Below are positions 26,144-37,006 of a stretch of 64,000 bases of DNA, one piece after another (the stretch's first letter is position 1; each line of letters opens with the position of its first letter). The DNA comes from Podarcis cretensis (taxonomy: Eukaryota), in assembly GCA_951804945.1 (NCBI GenBank), contig OX638157.1:31372001-31436000 (forward strand). The letters are read 5' to 3'. The notes beneath the pieces are model-generated. The model had not been told where the DNA came from. It ran no database searches and was given only the letters and a program-made list of their open reading frames with translations. The translations under genes and the position numbers were made by a program.

Positions 26144-28100
26144 AATCATAGAATCATAGAGTTGGAAGAGACCACAAGGGCCATCGAGTCCAACCCCCTG
26201 CCAAGCAGGAAACACCATCAGAGCACTCCTGACATATGGTTGTCAAGCCATTGATAAAGATGTTGAATAAGACGGGGCCCAAGACAGAACCCTGTGGCAC
26301 CCCACTAGTCACTCTTCTCCAGGATGAAGAGGAACCATTGATGAGCACCCTTTGGGTTCGGTCAGACAGCCAGTTACAAATCCACTGAGTGGTAGCATAG
26401 TCAAGCCCGCATTTTACCATGTTCTTTACAAGAATATCATGGGGCACCTTGTCAAATGCCTTGCTGAAATCAAGGTAGGCTACATCCACTGCGTTCCCTT
26501 CATCTACCAGGCTTGTAATTCTGTCAAAAAACGAGATCAGGTTAGTCTGACATGACTTATTTTTCAGAAATCCATGCTGACTATTGGTGATCACAGTATT
26601 CCTTTCTAGGTGCTCACAGACTGTTTGCTTAATGATCTGCTCCAGAATCTTCCCTGGTATTGATGTCAGACTGACTGGGTGGTAATTATTTGGGTCCTCT
26701 CTTTTCCCCTTTTTGAAAATAGGGACAACATTTGCCCTCCTCCAGTCTCCCGGGACTTCGCCTGTTCTCCAGGAATTCTCAAAGATGACTGCCAGTGGTT
26801 CTGAGATCACATCTGCCAGTTCTTTTAATACTCTTGGATGCAGTTCATCTGGCCCTGGAGACTTGAATGCATCTAAACTAGCCAAGTATTCTTGTACTAT
26901 CTCCTTAGTTATTCTGGGCTGTGTTTCCTCTGCTGAATCATTTGCTCCAAATTCTTCAGGTCGGGCATTGTTTTCTTTATTGGAGAAGACTGAGGCAAAG
27001 AAGGCATTGAGGAGTTCAGCCCTTTCTGTGTCCCCTGTTTGCATTTCACCATCTTCTCCTCTGAGTGACCCCACTGTTTCTTTCTTCTTCCTTTTGCTAC
27101 GAACATACCCATAAAAGCCTTTTTTGTTGCTTTTAACCTCTCTAGCAAGCCTGAGTTCATTCTGTGTTTTAGCTTTTCTGACTTTGTGTCTACACGTGCT
27201 GGCTATTTGTTTGAATTCCTCTTTGGTGGTTTCCCCCCTTTTCCATTTTTTGTACACATCCTTTTTTAATCTTAACTCGGTTAAAAGTTCTTTAGATAGC
27301 CACCCTGGCTTCTTTAGGCACCTTCCATGTTTCCATCTCATTGGTATTGCCTGAAGTTGTGCTTTTACTATCTCCCTCTTAACAAACTCCCAGCCATCAT
27401 GAACTCCCTTTCCTTTTAGTATTACTGTCCATGGGATTCTCACCCAGCACTTCCCTAAGTTTTATGAAGTCGGCTTTCTTAAAGTCAAGAAATTGAGTCC
27501 TAGTATGCTTGGCTGCTCCTTTCCGCTGTATAGTAAACTTCAGAAGAGCATGATCACTCGCGCCGAATGATCCTTCCACTTCTACCCCACTAACCAGGTC
27601 ATCAACATTGGTTAGGACCAGATCTAAAATGGCTGTTCCTCTTGTTGCTTCTCCCACTTTCTGGACAACAAAGTTGTCTGCAAGGCCAGTGAGGAATCTG
27701 TTTGACCTTATGCTCTTGGCTGAGTTTGACATCCAGCAAATATCCGGGTAATTAAAGTCCCCCATTACTACTATCTCCCTTCCTTTTGCATGCTTGGCCA
27801 CCTGTTCCAGGAAGGCATCATCTATGTCCTCCGTTTGGCTTGGGGATCTATAGTAAACTCCCACAATGAGGTCCCTGTTATTCTTCTCTCCCTTAATTTT
27901 GACCCAAATGCTCTCACTTTGGCGTTCTAAATCTTGGATCTCTTCACAGGTATACACATCCCTGACATATAACGCCACTCCTCCTCCTTTCTTGTCTGGT
28001 CTGTTTCTCTGAAATAGATTGTATCCCTCCATTATTACATTCCAGTCGTGGGACCAGGTTTCAGTGATGCCTATTATGTCATATTTAGTTTGCTGTACCA
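26141..28100 (-). mobile_element. Young CR1 LINE ORF2 (AP endonuclease plus N-terminal half of RT), frameshifted and internally deleted
   Basis: ORF 27397-28113 carries APE motifs (IGITETW, GGGVALYV, VYYRSP, GDFNYPDICW, SDH); ORF 26154-27443 carries RT motifs ([49 protein letters not shown]); (ATTCTATG)n tail at 26141-26160. Confidence 0.97.
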
Positions 28101-28113
28101 CTGGTTTAGACAA
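26154..28113 (-). pseudogene. Disrupted CR1 ORF2 (endonuclease/reverse transcriptase)
   Basis: Frameshift near 27400-27440; FADD region missing because of a deletion near 26250. Confidence 0.9.
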
Positions 28114-28134
28114 ATTTCAGATTAGACCAATTAG

Positions 28135-28312
28135 TGGTTACCAACCATGACAGCTGTGTACTACGTCCAGCTTCAGAAGTGCTGTGCCTCTTAATAACAG
28201 CTGCTGGTCTACTTCACTCCTGTTTGCAGACATCCCATAGGCATCAGGTTTGTCACTGTGACCACAGGATGCTGAGCAAGATGGGCATCTTCTACTGTTC
28301 TTATGTCCTTAG
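28135..28312 (+). mobile_element. Old CR1-type 3' UTR relic; related pieces near 31400-32110, 43555-43740 and 51080-51240
   Basis: ..CCCATAGGCATC..CACTGTG..ACAGGATGCTG..AGATGGGC..TGTTCTTATG motif shared among the copies. Confidence 0.55.
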
Positions 28313-30177
28313 TTGTAATGTCATATTCTTTCAAATGAAGTAGTGGATATGCTGCAGCTTGAAATAATTAAAAGTCCTTTATATTAGCATTACTAAAATC
28401 TCTTTAAGAAGTAATGTGTCACTTCATTTTTAATAATCTTCAAGGAAAGACAAATCAGTGGCGAATGTTTGGAAGATGACACTCCCTCATCAGTCTCTAT
28501 TAGCTTGGATGTACACCTGGGAGTTGCAGTTCTTTAAATTACTATGCCTCCCCACCCCCAAGGGGAGAGACAGCACAACTTAATGTATTTTTAAAAGATG
28601 TCAGAAATGATTCCACATATGCAGTTGCTGCTTTTCAAATGTTAATCACCAATCCATTTCAATTACAAGAAATGGCCTGCTCCCTTGGTATTCCTGTTAA
28701 TGATTTTCAATGGGTTTTTGAAACAACCAGTTCCAATTATGAACTATATAAGGACAAAACCCTCCACAAAGCCTCGCTGTGGTATGCCTATGTACTATAA
28801 AGCAAATGTCTTTTGTTTTCAAATGGAAATTCAGCTTTTGGTTGTTGCTGTAGACTAGGAGAATGAAAGAAACAGAAATTCCATTTGCTGGAGCAAGGGT
28901 TTTGCTACAAAGATTTCCATGACTATAAATAAAAAGAAAACCTCACGCTATCGTTACTATTGACATTGGGTGTAATTCAACATCAGTCTATCACAGAAGT
29001 TCCATCTGCCCAAGCATATCAGCTTGCCAGACAGAACGATTCTCCCTGAACACTGGTTTGGAGATCCTCCTGTTCCCCCACAGAGCCAATTTTACGAGAC
29101 ATGGAGGAAGGAGTGGGGGGAAAGCTCTGTTGCACAATGGCTGGTGGGGTTTTTTTAGTTGAATCTCATTCTTTCATTTTGAAACTGCATACACTTGTGG
29201 AGTGGGGATTGGTCATAGTGGGAGCATAGATAGAATGGTGGGCATAGGAGCTAACTCCTAGGGGCCCACAATGAAATATTTGAGGGAGCCAGGACCTCAC
29301 AGAGTTGATTGGCATTCCCATTCAATTGGTGTGTGTGCACTGCATCATGTGATTGATTATGTGGAGCGGGGTTTACCTGGGCCCCCACAATATTTTATTC
29401 AAGTTGGCACCCCTGATGATGGGGTTGAGAAAATTGTGGGCTGTGGCTTTGTGACACTGTGCTAGTTGGGGTGCTTGCTGATTCCAGGGGAATTAAAATC
29501 TGAAACGCAGATTCCAAAACAGGGCTCTGTACTGGGGGATGAGGTGGGGAGTGCCAATGAAGCTTTGAACCTTGCCCTGTGTCAGTTGAAGCACAGGGTG
29601 TATCCTGATTCCCTCCCTTCAAATGATGTCTATGGGACTCAAAACATTCAACCAATGTATTGAAAGTGTTCCTTCAGGTAGAGTCCCTTCACTATCTGAT
29701 TTAGCATGTGGTGGGGCACTGCACATGACAGCCATGGAGGCAGGGCTAATCCCATGACCCCTGTGACCCCCTCACACATTATTTCAATTCTCCCCACTGT
29801 TGTTACTACTCGTGTTGACCAACAGAGCAGCTATCAGTGCTGCACAGGACCTGCAAAATCTGATCAACGTATTGTGATGGATGCATTCAACAAGGTGCCT
29901 TAAGTTTTTCAAAGCGTACTATTGTCTGACGGCGTGCAATTTGGGAATCTAATTTGGGCTAATCCCAGTTTAGCCGACGCTCAAATTAAGTCCTAATGGC
30001 TACAAATGCTTCTGTCTTCTTTTCATGGCCCCGTGCCTATTACTCTATCACTGCTCCTAATAACCCACACAAAACAAGGAACAGCACATGCTTTGCACTA
30101 CCTTAAAAATACATTGTATATTATGCAGAATAATTGGCTCAATGTGGGTGGATACAAAGCTATTGAGGGTGGCTGTA

Positions 30178-30543
30178 AAGGTAAAGGTAAAGGTACCCCT
30201 GCCCATACGGGCCAGTCTTGACAGACTCTGGGGTTGTGCGCCATCTCACTAAAGAGGCCGGGGGCCAGCGCTGTCCGGAGACACTTCCGGGTCACATGGC
30301 CAGCGTGACAAAGCTGCATCTGGTGAGCCAGCGCAGCACACGGAAACGCCGTTTACCTTCCCGCTGGTAAGCGGTCCCTATTTATCTACTTGCACCCGGA
30401 GGTGCTTTCGAACTGCTAGGTTGGCAGGCGCTGGGACCGAGCAGCGGGAGCGCACCCCGCCGCAGGGATTCGAACCGCCGACCTTTCGATCGGCAAGCCC
30501 TAGGCGCTGAGGCTTTTAACCCACAGCGCCACCTGCGTCCCCC
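30178..30543 (-). mobile_element. Sauria SINE (CpG-rich subfamily), full length
   Basis: (ACCTTT)n tail, CCCTATTTATCTACTTGCAC core, GGTTCGAATCC B box on the minus strand; 14-bp TSD TGAGG(G/A)TGGCTGTA at 30164-30177 and 30544-30557. Confidence 0.95.
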
Positions 30544-31440
30544 TGAGGATGGCTGTAGGGCTCAGCAAAGCCACTTTGCCTGTGTTCTTTCATCCTTTGG
30601 GCTGGCACAGCAGCTGTTACCTCTGCAGCACCACAGCCGCTTTCCCAGGCACTAAATCTGCATGACACTGGATTTCCTCCTCCTCATACCCAGCTGCTAA
30701 ATCCTGGCAAGGAGCCACCTTTCTTTGTGAAGGAGGTGTAAAGAACCCCCCTCCATAAAATTATTATGGGGTGTCACATTTTTGTATTGGGTAAATTTTG
30801 TCAAAAGTGTCCTGTTTGTGTACTCCTGAAATATTTTGTGTGTTTGTATGCGCGCTTTCACTTCCTTCCTTTGGAAACTAAGGAATTAAATAATTAAGAG
30901 TGCACAGCCTCTATACATTTACTTATGAGGAAGTGTCAGAGAGTTGCATGGTGCTTTCTCACATATACCTAGGAGTCAGTTCTATGCAACTCAATGGAAT
31001 TTACTTCATTGTAGACATATGCACTATTGTGCCGCAAAATAAATACTGCTGAGTTACGGCACTGACTATATTTTGATAATATTTAATGAAGGTAATCATT
31101 TATCTGGCATTAAAAATAATCCTGGGACAAGGGAGTAGAGTCATCATAAATACCTTGCTAGATTCAAGAGATATACATGGGGCTATTTGAATAATGTGGT
31201 TGACACTGAGCACTGTTCCACCATGAACAATCTCATTTAAATCCCTTTAAAAGCTGCAGTTAATGACTTAATTTATCAACATGCTTATCTCATCACACTC
31301 CACTCATATTGGCCCTAGTCTTTTCGCAAGTATGCACCACCAAGAAGTCACATAACTTCTACATTAAGTTGCGCTTGTTTATGCAGTTAAAGAAAGCATG
31401 GTTACTTGGTCAGAGGAAGCAATGCTTCTGAACACCAGCT

Positions 31441-31667
31441 TTGTCCTGATCCAACGAGGAGGCAAAAAGGAGACCGCTACCCCCCAGCCGTGCCGCGATT
31501 TAAACGGGAGTGGCCACGCCCCCAACTAACCAGATTGGTCAGCTGGGGGAGTGATGTGGCTGGGAGTCCCAATGATGCGGACAGCATGTCTCTGCCCACT
31601 GCCGGGTCACTGGGAGGTTCCGGATGCCCTCCTGCAACTCCATCCCCTGGGGAAGGGGAGTGGTCTT
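31441..31667 (-). promoter_or_regulatory. Retroelement-derived (LTR or DIRS/Ngaro-like) core promoter fragment inserted in an old CR1 3' UTR
   Basis: Minus-strand order: CCAAT (31534-31538), GC box GGGGCGTGG (31514-31522), TTTAAA (31499-31504), then a pyrimidine-rich Inr-like CTCCTTTTT about 25-30 bp downstream; CpG-rich. Confidence 0.5.
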
Positions 31668-31702
31668 GCTGAAAATCACAGGAGGAGAGAGGGTTCTTGT
31701 GC

Positions 31703-32003
31703 CCAGTGTGGTGTAGTGGTTAAGAGTGGTAGACTCCTTATCTGGTGAACCGGGTTCACTTCCCTGCTCCTCCACATGCAGCTGCTGGGTGACCTTGGGC
31801 TAGTCACACTTCTCTGAAGTCTCTCAGCCTCACTCACCTCATAGAGTGTTTGTTGTGGGGGAGGAAGTGAAAGGAGATTGATAGCTGTTTTGAGACTCCT
31901 TAGGGTAGTGATAAAGCGGGATATCAAATCCAAACTCCTCCTTCTCTTCTTCTTCTTCTTCTTCTTCTTCTTCTTCTTCTTCTTCTTCTTCTTCTTCTTC
32001 TTC
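31703..32003 (+). mobile_element. Squam3-type SINE with expanded (CTT)n tail
   Basis: Same body as the 7518 and 25957 copies; about 20 CTT units at 31940-32003. Confidence 0.92.
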
Positions 32004-34439
32004 TCAGGTCCTGCTTAAAGGTTTCCCACAGGGTGGCCACTGTGAGAACAAGATGCTGGACTAGATAGGACATTAGCCTGATACAGCAGGTTCTTCTAAT
32101 GTTCTTAGATGTACTCCGAGGGCATGATTTTTGGATCCTGCATATATTCACTGAGACTGATACAATGTCAGTTTGTTTTTGTTTGCAGTAGAGGCGCTGA
32201 GTGTGATAACAGCCTTTCCTGTCATGATGCACTGGGTTATTTGTGTGTAACTGACTCTGTAAAAAAAGCCTTGGGACGATACTTAATATCTTTTTTATTT
32301 TCTTTATTCATGTGCAGAAGTCACCCCCACAGTCCAAAGACACTTAATGTTAAAAACCTGAGAAATATACCGCATAATTCATGCAGAAAAATAAAGAAGC
32401 AAACCGTGATGTTATTTGTGCCTTAAAGGACATAGGCATGAATGCCTTTTGTTTTCAGACAACAGTACTTATGACTTGCTATCATCAAAGCTGTAGAAGT
32501 TGTGCTATTAGGAGCTGAACAAGCTTTCTGCATGGCGATGGGTTGGTAACCCCTGTGGCCTGGCCAGGTTCCAAACTGCCAAATCATATTCTGACTTCAA
32601 ATATCTGTATTTCCTCTGTAATCAAAAAGGAAGAAGCCATGCTATAATTTTATTCCTAAAATAACACTGCGGTATTGCTCACACAGAATGCCTATTGTAC
32701 TCTATGACTGAGGGACCACAGAGATCACTGTTATTAGTTCTCTATAGATGTAGGTTCAGTCATTTGAGGACCTCTTTGACATTCTCCAATGAAGTCATAA
32801 ATTGCAACTGGCTATGAAGATAGATCAATTAGTAAATGTGTAAGTACATGATCATGATTATTACTCTGCTCTGTAGTTTGGTTAATTTTCACAGTTTATA
32901 ATGGTGCACATTTATACGGAGACATTTCCAGTGGTGTATATTTTCCAGGTATTTATCACAACAGAAGCCAATTCAAAAATTACTCCAAAGACCAACTATC
33001 CCAATGAGTCAGAAAAGGACTAGTTTGCACGAGCTCCCTGGAGTCCTTGTGTGGGCACACATATTCTTTGTAGCATTATGAAATAATGTGTTTCAATTTT
33101 CCAGTTTTAATGTAGGAAGAATCCTCAGTCTTATGGCTTTAGATGCTTGAAAAATATATGTGGCAAAATGCAATGGCAAAAACTGCAAGGGACCCAGAAG
33201 TCAAAAGAATTATCTGATGAGCTAGGCTTGTCATGTGTGTGTAAGTCTCTCATACAACTGGTTCATAATTGGTACATAATTGTAGGTTAACTTCTCTGTA
33301 GATAGACAAAAATATGGAAACACATTGTAACATGGATGTGTATTAACAGACATTTTCATAGCTGAATGCATATATTGAAATCTCAACTCCTGCATTGTGT
33401 GTAATGTACTGAACAAAGAAATGAGATGAGACAAAGGGAGAAACTTTACTGGTGCTGTGGTTATATAAGCTTCCATTAGAAATAATTTAGCTTTCATCCC
33501 AGAAAGTTGACTTACTTCACCTGTTATTATTTATGGGTGTATTTATATTCATTTGCATATTTATAAACAGCTTCACAACCAAAAGCTACCAAAGCAGCAC
33601 ACAATAAGAATAAATAAAAGCAATAAAATCACTTTTACAATTGTAGAATTAATGTTCTATAAAATGACTGGATCGTACAGTAATCTGGAGATTTGAAATG
33701 TCCATTGTTTGTCAGCCACATACGAATGAAGGCTTGTCGTGTTATATAAAGGAGAGAAAAGAATAGTACATGTGAATTAGAGCTGATACCAGATTTCATC
33801 TAAAGAGGATTTTGAGGTGAATCTGCAGTCTTGCCTGGAAAAAAATTGTTAGACATTTTGAAGGATATGTATTTTTCATTGTGATCAGCAGCATTTTTCA
33901 GGAGGACTTTTGCATATCTAGGATTACCATCTTTTTTATACAAAGGAGCTTTGTATGAGAGGCTGAATATCAACATCTGTAGCTTTCCATCATCAATGCA
34001 ACTTTGTACTCGGAAAAAATGTTTCCCTGATTATTATTTTTCCTACAGAGCTCTTGAAATTGTGGTGACTCCGTTCATAAGAAAGGGTTGTTACAACCTA
34101 CTTAAACAGGGCAATAGCAATGTAAGGCTCTCAGTAGACCATTTTTGCACATAGAGAAAAACAGGTAGCCTTTCCCCCCAAACATTTCCATATTTATTGA
34201 TTCTTTAATAATATGTAGATACCACTTAATAAGCAAGATCCGTAAGCTGTGGGAAGGCTGCTCTCTGGATTGCATTGCTCATGAATATATGAAGCTGCCT
34301 CATAATGACACAGGTCATGGGTCCATCTAGCAAAGCACAGTCTACTCAGATAGGAAGTGATGGCTTGAAAATACAGCTAATGTGCACAGTCTTTGTTATG
34401 TAAATAGCAGTTGAGGTGAAGACAGAGCAGTCGGCTTAG

Positions 34440-34699
34440 GGCTCATCCACATTTCTGCCTTCCATGCTGCTTGCCCTCAAGAAAACCCACTGTTTACTGA
34501 TGAATCTAAGCAAACATCAGTCAGGTTTTCTCCAGACTGATGTTTGCTCCAATTTAGCACTAAAGAGCAGGTTTTCCAGGGGAAAGCAGTAGGGCAAAGG
34601 CAAAACCACGTGCTCCCATGCCTAGAAAGGGCAGGGCACGTGGAAACTGCTTGGACCTGTACTTTCTAGATGCAGGAAAAGCAGAAATGTGGAGGAGCC
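34440..34699. mobile_element. PIF/Harbinger-like MITE
   Basis: TIRs GGCTCATCCACATTTCTGC / GCAGAAATGTGGAGGAGCC (one mismatch). Confidence 0.7.
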
Positions 34700-34851
34700 A
34701 TCATCAGTGTGCAAGGTTGGAGGATGGAACTTAACCTATCCACAGTTCAGTAATGCTTACCCCATCTTCTGATTTCATAGTATTATTATTTATTTGCCAC
34801 ATTCTACAACTATCCCCTTTCAAAGCTGCTATTTACATTTCAAGGGAAGAT

Positions 34852-35002
34852 GGACCTGATAGCTCAGTTGGTTAGAGCGTGGTACTGATAATGCCAAGGT
34901 CACAGGTTTGATCCCTGTATAGAACAGCTGCATATTTCTGCATTGCAGGGTGTCTTGTCTCATGATCCTCAGGAGTCCCTTCCAATTCTATGACACCTAT
35001 GA
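34852..35002 (+). mobile_element. tRNA-Ile-derived SINE with CR1-type 3' tail
   Basis: TAGCTCAGTTGGTTAGAGCGTGGTACTGATAATGCCAAGGTCACAGGTTTGATCCC resembles tRNA-Ile; followed by TGCATTGCAGGG..TCCCTTCCAATTCTATG. Confidence 0.8.
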
Positions 35003-35903
35003 GATCCCATGCCACTGGAAAAAGCCCCCTTGCCATCCATATAGCTTCCTCAGAGAGTTCTACTATTATTATTTTAGTTTATTGCATCCCAAGGTGGCTC
35101 TGGATTCCCTGTGGCTGCTATTTGCATGAATAGCACCTTCATGCATTTTATGTCTGGGTTTGGTCTTCAGAGAGAGGTCTTTTTCATCTCTCTGGAGGCA
35201 GAACTAGACATTATAAAAATCATGGACTGCCATTAGAATAAATGCCTCTGTGCTGAGTTCTCCCTCTCTCCTGCAATGTAGTAATATTTACGCAATGAAA
35301 TAATCGGGTTTCTGCATCTCTACCAATGATGTAGCAGCCAGTGATGTGGAGTGGGACAAGGAAATGCAGAATGTTATGGATTCAGGATGTAGGATAAGCA
35401 ATACTGAACTTCTGAGGGGATAGTAACAAATGTGGAGAATGTTGCACTGGCATCAGTATTCAGTGGGAGTCCCATTTCCCCCTAACGTCTAGTTCCAAAC
35501 AGAGATTTCTTCAATTGCAAATGTTAGGGATTTAACTGGTGTGCAAAGCATCAGCTGCTGTACCATTGACCTAGCACTCCTCCCAACTAAGCTACAGTCC
35601 TTATTTACTATGGTCCAGGAAGGACCAGTGGGTTGGAGATACCACAGCTCTGGTGCAGGAAAATTCTGGGGAAGAAACTCGCACTTGTGATTCCCATAAG
35701 TAGAACGACCTTTATATTTATATAACTATTTGATTGATGCCATGCCAATGTTGGGAAAGTAGCAGGCTAAATCTAACCATCCTTTATGAACACTAAATGG
35801 GGGGTACTATTATTGCAGTGGGTTTCTCTTTTTAAAATTATGTGCAATTCATAGCAGGAACATATTATTTTCTAGAAACTCTCAGTGAACAGCTTTGCAG
35901 ATA

Positions 35904-36080
35904 GGGCCATCGCTCAGTGGTAGAGCATAAGTTTTGCAATCAGAAGGCTCCAGATTAAATCCCCGTCCCTGCCCAGCTTCTCAAGGCTGGGCTGGGAATG
36001 TTTCCTGTCACTGCCAGTTAGTGTAGACAGTGGTAGGCTAGATGGACCAGCGATCTGATTTGGTGTTAGGCAGATTCCTA
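35904..36080 (+). mobile_element. tRNA(Ala-like)-derived SINE with CR1-like 3' end
   Basis: GGGCCATCGCTCAGTGGTAGAGCA head; GCTAGATGGACCAG..TCTGA..AGGCAGATTCCTA tail. Confidence 0.65.
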
Positions 36081-36967
36081 ACATCTTGCAATGAGGATGA
36101 CAGGCAGGGCATAACCTTCTGAGAATCTCTTACAAGCCCCCTTATTCATTTCAGGTCCCATGAAGAGGAATGGAAGCGGTTGCACAACGCAGCTCCACTT
36201 TGGCGGGGCTTACGCAGCAATAACTTCCCAGTGGATTGAACCCATACTGTACAAGCTCAGTTTTGGCTCGTATTCTTTACCCCAGCTAATATTTCCTATG
36301 GATTCCCCATCTGTGTGTCTCTGCATCCTCCTCCCACTTCCCCGTCCTTAACAACCCCTTTGCTGCATCCTTTGTACATTTCCAGGGTTGTTTGTTTTCT
36401 AGGTCAGTCAGCTCTGCTTTGGTCCCTGCTGCTCTTGCTGCCTTTTTCTAATCTCCTTCCCAGACTGAACTCATTTCCTTTCCTGGCCTTAGTCCTCATG
36501 ACCCTTTCCAAGCTTCCTTTACACCTGCCCAGAGCTATTTTCCTGCCAAACCCAGAATATGGCAATTATGCTTTGAAAGCATTTAATCAAGCCAAAGCTG
36601 GAAGATGCAGCAAATGATAGCATTTCCTTCCCTTCCCCCCTTTCTTTCCTCCTTGTGTTCATGCATGTGCATGTATGTATGCAGGTATCTGTGTGTGTTT
36701 GTAGATGAGAGCTGAGCTGAGTTGTCCTGGAGATGAAAATAATAATAAAAACGGGTGACATTCATAAACCCTGAAATATTTTGCGCACGGGCAATAATTA
36801 AAGGCTGGGTAATATAATCCATTGCTAATATTGTTTCAATTGAATACACTTCACAAACTCTTCTCATTAGAAATGATGTTCTTGGCACTTCAACTGCAAT
36901 GCAGTATGAGCCTAGATTTTTCCTTTCTTGGATTGCTCTGTATTTACTTGTTTGTTTACAGGTATGT

Positions 36968-37006
<39 letters not shown>

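Larger units (their letters stand above)
25846..28103. mobile_element. hAT (Charlie-like) element shell containing a nested SINE and CR1
   Basis: GTTTAGAC direct repeat (25838-25845 and 28104-28111; nTYTARAn pattern) immediately flanks CAGT...ACCACTG termini. Confidence 0.7.

Noticed and set aside
32184-32200. CTCF-like GCAGTAGAGGCGCTG (also 9117-9134)
   Set aside because: The core is one base short of the CTCF spacing; too weak.
31924-32232. Poly-Arg ORF (likewise the poly-Thr ORF at 50900)
   Set aside because: Translations of the (CTT)n SINE tail and the (CAA)n microsatellite.
34852-34925. tRNA-Ile gene
   Set aside because: B box mutated (GGTTTGATCC), acceptor stem broken, and followed by a CR1-type tail: it is a SINE head.
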